DNA from: Epiperipatus broadwayi
Lineage: Eukaryota > Animalia > Onychophora
Reading direction: 5' to 3'
Length of the DNA stretch: 64,000 bases
NCBI GenBank assembly: GCA_028023455.1
Contig: JAQFVV010000003.1
Span: 14,136,001-14,200,000 of the forward strand
Part shown: in pieces, positions 25,806-39,200 of the stretch
Layout of the letters: each line of letters begins with the position of its first letter
How positions within the stretch are numbered: position 1 is the stretch's first letter
Notes under the pieces: generated by a model
What the model saw: only the letters and a program-made list of their open reading frames with translations
Databases searched by the model: none
Told to the model about the DNA's origin: nothing
Translations under genes and position numbers: made by a program

Positions 25806-27204
25806 CAATAATAAAAGTTTTTTTGCTGAAAAGTTTAAGATTTTTGAAATTCAATATTATACTTAAAAAAATATTGCTATTTATTAAAAAATGTAATTAT
25901 ATCTCTGTCTTTCAGCGTGAGGATAACATATTGTCTGTAATAAAGATTTATTAGTTATCAGTTAATTTTTACATTTTTGTAAAAATTGCATAAATAATAA
26001 TTTTATATTTATTTATAAATATATACTCAGTTTATTACATTTTTTAAATGCTGTGTAAACAATTACTTGCAAGATCAAGTGATCTTAGAGCACTAAAATG
26101 ATAGATTCACCATGAATGTTTCATTCAACAGACCAAAGTGAGATTTTTTTATTTTCATTGATTAACAGCTATTTTTAAACAAGCATGACTAGTTTAACTA
26201 AAGTGAAAAAAAATTTAAAAAAACAATAACACACGTGTCCACCCAAAGACATTGGATTAAATATTAATGAATTTATTGAGCGTGTAGATTCATGGAAGAT
26301 TACAATTAAAGACCCCCAATTTGCTACCAAGAATTGCAATGTGTCTAATAGAAGCCTGAAAGTGCAGTTGCATAAATTCACAATACCATTGCTACAATCG
26401 ATATAGAGAAATGGCTGGTGATATGAAAGGTTCATGATAACTGGACCATATACTAATTTAAATGACTGAAAACACTAAAATAAAAGCAAAAAAGAAATGA
26501 AGGGGAAATAAGAGAAAGAACAAAATCAGAAAAAAACTGTTCATGTCAGAAGCAATAAATAATCTTTAACAATCATCCTCTTTTGCACTGATGGATGGCA
26601 GCAATATAATAAAGTTCAGATGATGGACACATTGACAAAAAAATAAACTTGAATATATATATTAGTCAAATATGAAAATATGAGATATGGGATTTTAAAA
26701 AATCACAAATTTACAATTATACAATAGTGCCTTAATAAAATGGCAAACTTTGGAATAAACTCCTGAGCATTACGCCATTTGAATTATTATTTTTTAATGT
26801 TTTGGCTACAATAAATATCTTATTTAAACAACTATACAAAACAATTATGGTCTTTGATATTTGAAACATGATCTCTTAGATTTTTTTTAAATTTATGGTG
26901 TGTTAAATGTGCAGAAAAAAGTCATATATTAAAGTCACAACAACCTGAGAAAATATATTAATAAAAGTTCTATTTTGATTATCATCATATTCTAATGAAT
27001 GGTTTTTGTTAAATTTAGCTATATACATGTATTAAACAATTTAATCCCTTTTAAACTCAAACTTTTCTTCTGAAAAGCTTATGCAACTATAACCAACTTG
27101 TTAGATAATCCTATTTGAAAAAATAAAAAATGTTGAGTTTGTGCATTTAGCACAGTAGTAAATCTACAGATTCGAGAACTAAAAATTTTTGGATCGAAAC
27201 TCCT

Positions 27205-27598
27205 GTTATTTTGGTTTACAAACTTCACATATATGGTATGGCTGAAGATCTCTCAGCCCCATATTGCTATTTGAGTTGGATAGCTGGGTTTGAAGACATG
27301 TAGATGTCTAAAAATTTCAGATTTTCCACTCAATAGATAACTTTTAGATAAATGCTGGCTTTGGATTGGTATTTTTATATCTAGTGTCTGAAGCTACCCT
27401 AGCATCTCTCTGAGGAGTGCCAAAGCCCAAAACCATGGCCAGAAGTTATGGGGGTGGGGTTCCTGAGATATTTTAAATGCTTTCTCTGGATAAGCATTTA
27501 TCACAAAGCTTGCTGAGCAATTGACAAATGCTCATTGTTTATATCTCACAAGCTTAAGAGAATTGGGTCATGTGATCTATGACTCTTATTTTGACCAT
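27205..27598 (+). mobile_element. Old, diverged family B unit in ribozyme-sense orientation
   Basis: gatagctgg...gacat...aaaatttcagattttc.act.aatag...cctagca.ctc.ctgagga...aaaacc...gggtcatgtgatctatgac aligns to 52965-53224 and 34584-34782. Confidence 0.75.
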
Positions 27599-28170
27599 TT
27601 ATATTTAACGTCTGTACCATACAGGAATAACGTATAGTGCGCATACGGCAGATGATTCAGATATTTTGTTCAATCGTAATGGAATTTGACACTCGTTATT
27701 CTAAATATTACTTTATTTGCAAATAGATATAATAAATATTTATAGATTTATTACATATTATGAACTTCTATAAACGAATAATCATCCAAATAGAAAAAAA
27801 TATTCAATATTGAAAATATTGGAAAGATGCCAAATGCTCATCTTTTTTTTTTTTTTTAATTAAAGCATTATTTTCATAACGCACAACTTTTATTAATTAA
27901 GCCAATCTAAACAATAAAATATAGAAGATAGATGGGGAATGCAAAATAATAAATATAATATTTATAGCATAAGTCAGATACAGCGTTTTCGCGCCTTTTA
28001 AAGAAATGCTACAGCAATAAAATACAGGTAACTAGGAGACTAAGAAAGAATGAATAAGCTTCAAACCATGAGGTCATAACCTTTACTGAACTGAGAGAAG
28101 TTACACTAGTCAAGATGTAAACAGCCGCCGTCATAAGTTATTAAAGAATTCGCCGTTTAGATTTTATTAC

Positions 28171-28292
28171 CTTATTTGAAATGGCAGTTTTCTTGCGTTC
28201 TCTTGACTGGTTGATTAACATATTAATTTGTAGGCAGATTAGAAAGACTCAGGAAAAATAACCAGTGTAGATCATTTTTCAGATTCAAATAT
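28171..28292 (-). other. Candidate minus-strand exon, possibly 5'UTR plus start (MLINQSRERKKTAISNK from ATG at 28221)
   Basis: Acceptor ttatttccAG and donor AAG|GTaata; lies ~0.6 kb from the CpG island, consistent with a divergent transcript; no downstream exon found. Confidence 0.3.
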
Positions 28293-28689
28293 CTGGAAAT
28301 AAGGATAATTAACATTTTTAAAATTAGGGCCCATTAATTATATATATTACGTGAGGGTAGAGGAAATGCATAATTTCAATATCCACACACAAATGTAGAA
28401 TATAATAATGATTATCCTTAATATTCCATTGTTTTTTTTAAATATTGATTTACATATCTATTCCAGTTTTTTAATACCTTCTTTAATTTAAAATATTTGG
28501 TAGCCGGAAACTGTCGCTTAAAATTAAGATAACACGCTAAAATTGACTGGCATCTGTAATATATTTAACGGGGTTATAATTCTTAGCAATATAATGTAGC
28601 ACTATACTAAAAGAATGATGGGCTTTTATAACGATTCGAAAGTGAATACTACTTATATAGTCCATTACTAAATGCATTACCATCAACGA

Positions 28690-29195
28690 TTAAATATGCT
28701 GCCATGGAGGTAAGAAAGTAATGCCACCATGGGAGATGCGACTAGAGCCATTAGATTAAGAGCATCTGAAACGCATAGCCTTTTCTTTTCTCCCTTTTAT
28801 TATTATTTTTTACATACACCACGCCCATTTGCAACACTGCCCGACAAAAACACATTAATAGTCCGAGGTGCTGTCACGGCGCCCTCTATTGAGGTCATCG
28901 AGCAAACTCTGATTGGCAGCGCCGCGGGACAATCGTTCCTCGTCGCCATTCTCTCTGAACTTAAATTCCTGAAATTTTTGCTTTAGATTATAAAAATCTA
29001 TAGAGATCCTAGAAAAATTCCTATTTGATAAAAGAAATATCTGAAAAACGTGGGAACCGCGCAGGTCATTCACAGAGTGAGTGCACTGACTTGTAAATAG
29101 TGCGCAAGCGTCCATTTGTTTGCTCCCCGCCATTTTTCGCAAGTGACTGGCTAACGGAGGCGCTCAAAGACCATCGTTTAGGACCGTTGTACGCC
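28690..29195. promoter_or_regulatory. CpG-retaining promoter island, possibly bidirectional
   Basis: Sharp rise in GC and CpG in an otherwise CpG-poor window; CCAAT box (gattggcagc, ~28911); YY1/Pho-type CGCCATT motifs (~28944 and ~29128); directly upstream of the AT-hook exon. Confidence 0.7.
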
Positions 29196-29288
29196 ATGGC
29201 TGATAAGGAACCAGCAGCTAGTCGCAGAAAGCCGGAAACCGAAAAAGTAAAGAAATCGCGGGGAAGACCCAGGAAATCCCCGTCAAAG
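29196..29288 (+). CDS. First coding exon of an AT-hook (HMGA-like) protein: MADKEPAASRRKPETEKVKKSRGRPRKSPSK
   Basis: Good start context gccATGG; canonical AT-hook RGRPRK followed by SPSK; perfect phase-0 donor AAG|GTGAGT; located in a CpG island. Confidence 0.75.
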
Positions 29289-30037
29289 GTGAGTCAATAT
29301 TTTTAACTTGACTAGTTAAAATTCCCCTTGTAATTTTTTTTTAAAAGCAAAAAAAAAAATAAAAATAAACTAGGCCTTTAAATAAAAAAAAAATTACAAA
29401 ATGGAGGAATTTGGGGTTAGGTATTTTAATTGAGCTAATATATTTCATGTATTTTTTATATATATAAGCCTAGAAGGTTTGTAACAGAAAACCAGATAAG
29501 CTGTAAAGTTTACACCTCTTCGCTTACGGAGTCATTGAAAGGTGAACGAGTTAAACTATTTTTGAATGAGTCTTATCCCCTTTAAGATGCTAACTCCTGT
29601 CTTAACTATTATTTTCGGACTAATTGAAATCTCCACAACTTATTTTTTAATAATTTTCCAATTAGATAGTAATTTACAAAATAAGAACAATACGGTATTT
29701 TTAAAAGTTTTAATTTAATTCCTTGAAAATTTTGATATTTCATCTTTTTAAAAAAATCTTAAAACAACTTAACTCTTAATTTACTTGAGTTCAATCTACC
29801 TGGAGAGAAGGGAAGTTATTTATTAAAAAAGTGAATTATAAAAAAAAGGATTAATCTTTTATTCACTCAATAAGCAATTATTTATATTAAATGCACAAGT
29901 CGGATATACACGCGAATACTTAAGTGATGAAAAGCACGCTTCATTCTCGTGGTATTACTACTACAACTCATAGATTAGATTCATTCGGGCAATACGCAGC
30001 AATTAATTCTGGCTGCTTCAGCTAATGATTGTTGGGA

Positions 30038-30048
30038 TTGGCGGGAAA
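30038..30048 (+). promoter_or_regulatory. Consensus E2F site in a CpG-retaining intronic patch
   Basis: TTGGCGGGAAA (reverse complement TTTCCCGCCAA); surrounding 29.9-30.4 kb keeps CpGs. Confidence 0.45.
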
Positions 30049-31660
30049 CTTATCTTTTGTTGTGCTAGCTATAGAATTAGATGGGATTTGATATTTTTTT
30101 TAAAAAAAAAATATCTAAAGTTATAATAACTTTAATTCGTAACATTGCGCAACATCTATGTATTTTTCTATACACAAATAAAACCATTTTAAATGCGCGC
30201 GCGTATATAATGTGTAGAAAAAGATACATATAATTTTGAGAATTGCATTACTATTTTTTAAAGAGTATTTTTGCCAATTTTTTCATGGTATAATCAAAGA
30301 ATAATTTACACGGCCGCACAGCTCCATGACTATCTGAATAAATGGGCACTCTCGTGTGAAAAGAGAATTTAGTGAAAATTGTAATTATTAATGTAGTAAT
30401 TTTTTTCAAAAACTATATACATTCAAATGTTTGTTCCTTTAATAGTAATATTTTTTTTCATTTTAAATATGATATTTAGAAATTAATAATTCATTCCTAC
30501 TTTTTCTTGGAGAAGAGGTATGGTTAAAATTTATAAAGCTGGTCAGCCATTCTTTTTTCTCTTTATAAGAAACAAAAACAACCTTGGTGTAGGCCAGCTG
30601 TTGTCCAGTAGGCTTTGTCCTGGCTTTTGCTTTTTGATTGGTCTAAAATGAGAACCAAAAGTAATTAGTAAAATGTCATATTCTTTATGCTTTATATATA
30701 TACACTAATAAGTATGGCCCAAAATTAATAAATTACAGCATTTGAAGTACACATTTTAAAAAGTGTAAAATGAATTGTATGAAAAAATATTTCAAGGAAA
30801 TTCGTTTTAAAATGTTTTTGCTTTTTCTATGATAATGGGTATGTGTTCGCGTGTCTAAGATATATATATGGTGTTTAAGCCAGTCATCACATCTGAATGA
30901 AAGCACTTAATCTTACCTACTATTAGTTTTTTTTAATCACTTGGAAGAATATACATTTGAGAGTTTTTTTAAAATTTAAAATTTTTTTATATTTAAATTA
31001 ATTTCACTGATAGATAAATGAAAATAAAATAATTTGCTCTTTGTAAGCATTACCTATTTATCTATACCAATCTGTCATTAATTAAACTTACAAAATAATG
31101 TGATTAATTACACACTACTTATAATAAATTTCGAGTTTATATATATATACTTTGTTTGATTTATGATTGGTGCTTTGCAATTTTCAATACAATGATATAG
31201 ATTGAAGAGTGAGAATAAAGGATCATGGATCACAGCTCAGCTCTCTGCCACTTCAGCTGCTCAAAAGCTATACCACCTACTGAGTCATAAACTATTCCAT
31301 TATTCATTTGTGATAGTTTTGAAATTGAAACCACAAATGAGAAAATAGTGAAATCGTAACACTGCCTACTTCACCTTTCATAGTTATTTTTAAATAAATT
31401 TATATATTTACTTTTATTGTGCCTTGTAGAGGGAGTTTGGAAGTATTACATGTTGTAATACCAACACTATTAATTCATTCTTTTGGTTTACTGCAATATT
31501 ATAAACAAGAGTTCTTTTCTAACTTGATAATCATTGGCTTTTTTACATAAGCGTTTATAAGAAGTTTGAACACTGGAAGTGATGGTCCTGGCCTGAAAAT
31601 CATAGATTTTGACTCAGCATCTGCCATCCCATCTTTCACTAAAGTATGCAGATGATACTG

Positions 31661-32160
31661 ATCATCATCATCAACCATTATCAGTCCATTGCAGAATGGT
31701 CTCTCCAATTTTAATCCATCTTCTCCGATCTGTAGCTTCTCCACATCATCCATGCACACTTATTTCATCCATCCATCTCACATGATCTCTTTCTGGGTCT
31801 TTTACAATCGCTTGGAATCCAGTTTAAGATTTCAATTGTCCATCTATTATCATCTCTTCTAGCAATATATTCAGCCCAATTCCACTTCAATCTTTTAATT
31901 TTTTCAATGAGGTCAGTAACACCTGTTTGTTCTCTTACCCATATATTGCATTTTCAATCTCTTCTTGTTACTTCCAACATGCATCTCTCCATACTTCTTT
32001 GAGTGGTCTGAAGTCTGTATTGCTCTTCTATTAAGTATCCAAATCTCAGATCCATAAGTAAGGACTGGTAAAACACCTTTATTAAAAACCTTCCTTTTCA
32101 AACAGATAGGCATATTTCCTTTTAGTATCAAGTTATTTCTACCAAAAGCACTCCAATCGG
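31661..32160 (-). mobile_element. RTE LINE 3' fragment
   Basis: Minus ORF MPICLKRKVFNKGVLPVLTYGSEIWIL; homologous to 12350-12876; (CAT)n tail at 31661-31673. Confidence 0.9.
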
Positions 32161-34448
32161 TGATAGTGTAATTTAATTCACAGACCAGTTTCTGACTTTA
32201 TGAATGAGAACTTGGGATTCAGTGCTGGAATTAATTCAATTGTGCATCTGGCTTTAATTCTTTTTTTTTTTTTTTTACTGTTGAACTAATAGCCAATATG
32301 CTTGTTTAGTTATATAAATTTGGCTCTTTAGCAATTAGCAATCTCAATTTTATTCCAACTATTGACTTCTTTATTTTATTGGAATATTATCAACATATCA
32401 TTTGATTTTTTCAAATTATTATGCATAAACAAGAGCAGTTCTCCTTTTTACTGTAATGCCATCTATTGTAAGCTTGAGAAATCGGTCATTGGCTATCAGA
32501 TGACTACAGTTAAATCCTCAGAAATCAGTCTGAGAATATGATTAAATTGCACTATTACTCAAACATATAATAGGTAACCCTGGAAAAAAGAGAACTTTTG
32601 TTTGATATAGAGTTTATTTTCATTTGTTAAAAAAATATTTCTTTCTTTCATGTCTAATGATTAACATGCATCTAAATGAGAATTTCACTTAAGCAAGAAA
32701 TCACAATATTTCATTTATGTGAGCAGAGCACTGTCTCTGGTGTAATACAAAATAAACAAAACTGTATTAAATATTGTTAAGTGAAAGATTTAAATTAAAG
32801 TTCCTAAATCTAATAATTACATTTTAAACAATACCCTATCATTTGATGTTTTTTTTATAAAACTAGAAATATGTATTTATAGAATAAGTGATCAACTTTA
32901 AATTAATGTTTGTGTATGCATATGTGGTTTTCAGTCTTATAGTCTGTGTTATTTATTTTTAAATTTAAATCTGCAAGATATTATTTAACTTTATTCCAGA
33001 AAATCAGCATCATCACCTCCTATTCTTAATAATATTTTCTCCTTCCACATAGTTTTAATCTTTAAGTTTCTAGAAACTTGTTACATTTTAACACAAAATA
33101 ATATTTTTTTCCTCTATTTCCTTTTAAAGATATATAAAATAAGCACATGAGTTTAACATGATGTTTGAGCACTACAAATGAGATTGCACTTCAGTCCAGG
33201 AACATACCACTCTAATCTCAACTGCAGTAAGGATGGATACCGTCCAATAGTTTTGAGTTTTATGATCAACCCAAATTGCCTGGGATTTACTTTGCTCTAC
33301 AGCTAAGAATGAGTTTATACATATTGTCTTGTGTTGAATGATTGGTTGGATTAGCAATATGCTAGTTGTAAAGAAAAATCTAAAATTGCTTATGAAATTC
33401 TTAGCTACCTGAAAATTTTTTTTATTCACATTTTGGATTTTTTTGTTTTTGTTAACCAATTTAACATTTTACTTCAGTGATTGGCACATAGTAATCCTTT
33501 TTACTGGCAACATCTTGCTATAAAAGTTTTGTGTTCAAGAATATCTTATATTTTTAGCAATCTATCACTATATGAATCCATCCATAAATATATAAGCTCT
33601 AAATAGTATTCACTTCTATATTTCATAAAGAGTAGTTACTTGAATAAATCACCAGAGATTTATTTCCTTCTCTGTATTGAATAAATTAAATAAAGTACAT
33701 TTAAAGATGACTTATGTCCATGCCAAAAGACTTGATCATCAGAAAGCATGTATAAGCTAAACATGATACTGTTAATGTTAAGTTCTCTGTCAAAGGCAAC
33801 AATACTATGACATATGATAACGCTTTATCATTATTAGTAGTAGTTTGCCCATTGCTTGCCATCCTTTTAGTATTATTTATTTTAGCTTCTCAACTTTATA
33901 GCTACATTGCAAATTTTAATGAGCTTTATTCATATCATTATAAGTGTTTATTTTGATCAAATTTTAAAACTGAATGTTAAGAAGTTATTATTTTTATAAT
34001 GTAATGATTTATGTTTATTGATTGCTTTAACTAAACATTGGTCTTTTTATGCTTATGAAAATGTGAGATAATAAAATATGAAGAGTATTGCAAGAAATGG
34101 CAAACTTCTGTTGATCATTTTGTCTAATTGTTCAATTTGTCTTCCTGAAGAGACATTTTGTAAACTCTAGTATTAAATTTTTCTTAATGGATCATTTTTA
34201 TTAATTTTTTTTTTTTCATATATAGTCTGTGTCATAGAAAATTTATTGGTAAACTGCCATTTTTGTAACTACTACTTGTATTACAATTCTTAATAGAGTA
34301 CAAGTTATCTTATTGATTTCAGCTATGTTTGAACAATCTTCAAAATCTGTTAATATTTAAGTGATTTCTGAATTAATATGAAATGAAATATTGGAAAATT
34401 ATAATTGAAGTAAATTTAACACATAAGCACTTCAATATTATGATAAAA

Positions 34449-34782
34449 AATCAAGCCAGATGTCAAATGACTTAATTTAATAAAGCTTGTATTTACAAAT
34501 GATATATGTAGAGCTTGCAAAATAAGTTTTTAACAAGCTTTGAGAATATCATCAACCCCACACCGGTTTCTGCTTCTGGTGTTGACATATGGATGTCTGA
34601 CAATTTCAGATTTTTTACTCAATAGTTATATATTAGATAAAGTGCTGGGCTTCTAGTATTTTTAATCTAATGCTGAATATCCTGGCACCTCACTGGCGGC
34701 TGATGCCAGAAGCAGAAACTGGTCTGGGGTTGAGGATATTCTCAAAGCTTGTTAAGAACTTATTTTGCAAGCTCTATATATA
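34449..34782. mobile_element. Family B hammerhead-bearing fold-back
   Basis: Antisense arm 34449-34580 (with tail; intact ACCGGT helix III), sense arm 34584-34782; motif CCTCA CTGgcggcTGA TGC-CAGAA-GCA GAAAC TG GTC TGGGG at 34688-34729 (core interrupted). Confidence 0.85.
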
Positions 34783-35051
34783 GCACTTCAATATTAGAAA
34801 AGATTATTGATTCACATAACATTGCAAAAGTAAATATTCTTTTACATATTCCTAATCTTGTATACACCCATTTTTCCAACTGCTGTTCTAGGATTCTGAA
34901 CTTTAAAAAAGAAAAAAAACTTCAATTTTCCAAAAAGAATTTCATTGTTAATTATAAACTTTTTAGCCAATATAATGTTCATTTTATTGTTTTCCAAAAT
35001 AGTATTTTTATCTTTATTATTTTTATATTTGTCATTTCATTAAAATTAATT

Positions 35052-35950
35052 TATCCTCCATGCTATGCTGATGATTGTGAAATCTTTAGAAAAATCACAT
35101 CAGTGAATGATTGCACTCTTCTTCAGAAAAATATTGATAATTTTAGTATTCGGTGTGATCTAAATAATATCAGTTAATTTTAGTAAATGTTCTCTTGTTC
35201 ATATTCTAAGAAATCTAAAGTTTAAATTTTATTTTATTTTATTAATTCTCACAAAATTAATCCTAATGGATCCTTTTTTCCTCCTGTAGAAATGATTGTT
35301 AGCAAAGCTTTTAAAATCATGCATGCCATCTTTAGTCATAATTATCATTTCAGTGATGGTATAAAATTCAAATTATTTTTGGTATTGGTTCTTCCCATCA
35401 CTGAATATTGTTCAGACATTTGGAATTTTAATTCTCATCAAGGATGCAGTTAATTACAATTGTTGCTTAATAAATTTTCCATATACATAGTTCTGGAAAA
35501 TATAGTCTTCATCTTTCTTCTAGATGGAAATACAGAGATCTAAATTTCTTTACAAAATCATAAATCATCAAGTTATTTTATTTGATATAATTTCAACTAT
35601 TATTATTAGATTTTATGAGCATGACCTTCTGCTTCTGTCTGTTACATTCAAGCTTGTCTTTCTAATATCCTTAAATATTCTGCTTCATTCAGGCTATCTA
35701 TCCTCTTTATACAATCAGATTTTTACTAATATAAATCATTTTAATTTAGATCATAAGCAGTTTTTCAATTTTCTTAAATTTGAATGTCATTGTTGATTGA
35801 TTTAAATTTATTTTTATTTATTTACTTCTTTGTTTATTATTTTTATTATTATATTATATGCAATATGTTTATTTCCTTTACTATTTTAATGCACAATCTG
35901 TAATTGACTATGCTGTTGTTTAGCACTTAAATAAATGAATTGAATTGAAT
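35052..35950 (+). mobile_element. CR1/L2-type LINE 3' fragment (RT C-terminus to tail)
   Basis: YADDCEIFRKITSVNDCTLLQKNID matches the RT YADD motif and the following helix; later FLYKIIN; ends AATAAA plus (ATTGA)n tail. Confidence 0.75.
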
Positions 35951-37667
35951 CATCTTCAAGTATTATCTAATCAAACAGCCCCAATCTCTAAATATTAGAC
36001 AAAACTGGAATAAATAATTCTGATTTATTTATCTTTTCTATATTAATTATTGATATATCTTTAGTCAGATTGCTTATTCTGTATTTATGTTTTTATAGTT
36101 TCAGCTTCTCAAAATATCCAAAAGAACAATTCATTTTATTTTGTCAAATACTTTTTAAAGAATAGTAAAACAATTTTTAACTTTTTTTTTTTTTTTTGAG
36201 AATCTATCAATATGTTTTTTAAATCAGAGAAATCATATTAATCTAAAATGAAAGTCAGAATTGTTCAGCTAAATTTTATGTTGCAAATATCAACTGTGAA
36301 AAAAAAAGGTAAAGTAATAATGCTTTTGAAATATGGTATCATGGTCACTATAGATTCTTGATTAGATTGGACCCAAGAACTCTTAACTTGAAGCCCAAAT
36401 AGCCAGGTTGAAATTATCCTATTTAGTAATATCTTAAAATGTTCTAATTCATTAGAAAAGGATATAATCCTCACAGATGTTGGTGAAATAAAGAAGGTTG
36501 ACCAATGTGGTAAATGGACTATATTATTACAATAATAAATGTATCTTTGAACATCTTCAAAAACCAAATTGGAAGTAGATCATTCTGGTGAATTCCTGTT
36601 TATATTATCACTAGAACCCAGTGACTTGATACATATTTAATAATTATATTTAATTACTTTTCAAACAATGTGAACAACTGTTAAATTCAGAAAAATTGTT
36701 ATTCCAAGCCTTCAACTAATAAAAAAAAAAAAAAAAGTGCTGAATTAATATCCAAAACAATTATTTGATATTAAATTATTATTAAATAAATTCAAGTTTG
36801 GTTGCAACATCAGTTTTAAAATTAAAAATTCATAAGTATATATTATTAATCAAACTAGTAAGTTAATTACTCAGAATAGCAAATATAAATAAATAAGACG
36901 TAATTGCATTTTAATCTCAATATTATATAAAAGGTACAAGTTAATGGTAATCATGGGTTTGGCACCTGTATGAGTAGGATATCTGCCCCCCCCCCCCATC
37001 ACTAACTGATGAAAGCTGCATTTTTTTTTATTGACACATATAACCAACCCAAATTATAACTGGAGCCTAATTAAAAGTAGAAATGAGTTTAATCTCCATA
37101 TTGTGTCGCTAGGTAAATTAAAGAAACTGAATCTGCCAAGAAAATACCACATTTTCAAGTTATTTTAATTTTAAAAATTAATATATATTTTTTGTAATAA
37201 AATTCACTGATATCTAAAACAATATTTATTACTAAAATTTATATTATGGGCATCCATAAAGATAATTCTAGATTTAACAAATTAATTAAACAAGTTGAAT
37301 ATACATTTATTATATTTAATAGTTTAAATAAGCATCTTTATACAAGCAAATCAAGTATGGATGCAAGATAACAAAAAAATACTGCTTATCGCAAGACTGC
37401 ACAAAATGAAATCTTTTATTCAAAAACAATAAAATAAACATTATTGTAATAAAAAAAGTTCATACTGTCACAATTAATTCTAACACTTGAAAAAAATGTA
37501 ACTAGAGTTTAAAATATTATGCTGATGTGTGGATTATAGATTCGAATGGAATAAGGATTGCTTTTTCATTAAATTCATGAAATCTATTTATCATAAAAAT
37601 AGTCACTCAGTTAATTGAGTACTAAAATTGCAGACTGAACTTAAATGTTTCTTGACCTTTTTTTCAG

Positions 37668-37691
37668 GTGGGAGTTGATCAGAAGTCTTAG
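37668..37691 (+). CDS. Candidate terminal coding exon (VGVDQKS*) for the AT-hook gene
   Basis: Strong acceptor cttgacctttttttcAG; phase 0 is compatible with the 29288 donor and gives a 38-aa peptide; the linkage is unproven. Confidence 0.35.
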   Translation: MGVDQKS

Positions 37692-38183
37692 CTTGTCTTC
37701 CCTACTCTGGCTCATGGGCTAAACTATTCAGACTATTTTACACAGTTAAAAGTACTTTTATAAATAATCTTTCAAAAAAATACACAATTGAAATTACCAT
37801 ATTCGAGAAAAAAGTCAGGAGGTTAAAATCATACAAGGCTTATATAGAAACTATTATCAGTTTTTCACTTATGTTCATTAATACTACAAAGACATAGTTA
37901 AATGTACTTAAAATAAAAGGCATAATATAGCTCAATTTTTTTGCACATTTCATGTGAGACCTAAAAATCTAATCTTTTTGTATTTTTTTTTATATGAATT
38001 CAAAATCTTAAAAAATTCAATTTTTACACTTCTCACTCACTTGAATTAACATTATAATATAAATATTAAAATGAAATATTAATTTTATTTTGTATACAAT
38101 ATTTGAATTTAAAATAATTTTAATAAAAAATAAATTTCACAGTAATACATTTTAATACTTACACTAAATTTATATTTCTAGCT

Positions 38184-38212
38184 CTGATGAAAACTATAGA
38201 TCAGTCAAAATT
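38184..38212 (+). other. Decayed family C-like hammerhead motif
   Basis: tagctCTGATGA A AACT-ATAGATC-AGTC AAAA, preceded by atatttctagct as in family C (atattgtagct); compatible with CpG decay of GTCGAAA. Confidence 0.45.
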
Positions 38213-38889
38213 AAAGGATAATAAAAGCCTTGAATTTAAATATGTAATGATCAGATTTTTTTTTAAGATTTTGAAAAGAAAAAAAAAATACAATTTTAAT
38301 TCGCACCCAAGACCACATGCCAATTTAAACATTTAAGTCTGAAAAAAATAATAGGAGAAACATAACCTTAGAACAGTAAACAGATTTTGCATATTAAATC
38401 AGATATTACTTACATTAAATTGAGAAAAAATAATTTAATTATATTTGAGTTGCTTGAAAATCTAAATTTTTAGAAATGAATAGATATAATAGAACAGTTT
38501 GAAGTAATTTGGATAAACATGGAGAGAATAATGTTTTCTCTCCACAAAGTACTATTCTATGCTCCAAAATAGGGAATTAGAAAGTTTTCAATAAAAATTT
38601 TGTAAATGATAGTTATTAAAGAATAAATTGACAATATTTAAATGTTAACATTTGTCAATTGGAGTTTGCTGTTGCTTGTCGTACTTAACACAATTTATTT
38701 TGGCATTTCAATTTTAGAGTTTAATCACAAAACAGAAAACGACATAAAAACAATAATTGGCCATGAAATGCTGTGATAAGTAAGGATTATATATGCATAA
38801 ATGAAACGTCTTAGGGTTATAGGTTTTGGCAATAGTATATTGTTTTTTGTTTTTTTTTTAAAAAAAAAGCAAAGTCAATCAGGAATAAG

Positions 38890-39200
38890 AAGTCCATTGA
38901 CAAATTAAAAAAAGTTATAAAATGTTGGGTACAAGTATTGACAAAGTGATTAAGTTGGAAACAGATTAAGAAAGGAAAAGTTGATTGAAAAGCAGTGTAG
39001 ATATCTAGGAAATATTGCATAGATATAATGTTCTAATAACTGAATTATATAGTTTGAGAAAAATACATCTACATCTACTAGATGTTGTTGAAAGCAAAGA
39101 ATGAAAAAGTTATTAGTTAGGAAGATGAATCCATTAAAATAATAAGAAAAACAAATATCAATAATAACTGAAGGAATCATTAGTGGGTAAGAAAATATGA
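38890..39200 (+). mobile_element. Highly decayed RTE-like LINE fragment
   Basis: LIEKQCRYLGNI resembles the xEQVxxFKYLGSxI motif, and RMKKLLVRKMNPLK resembles the following RTE segment. Confidence 0.4.

Noticed and set aside
26175-26435. Overlapping open frames on both strands (86 aa on minus; PPKDIGLNINEF... on plus)
   Set aside because: No recognisable domain or convincing splice sites; may be TE debris, and a BLASTx would be needed.
29924-30030. Intronic C/D-box snoRNA starting at GTGATGA
   Set aside because: No downstream CTGA D box or terminal stem found.
36265-36600. 100-aa minus-strand ORF as a real exon
   Set aside because: No domain match or credible start or acceptor; it runs through a polypyrimidine tract.
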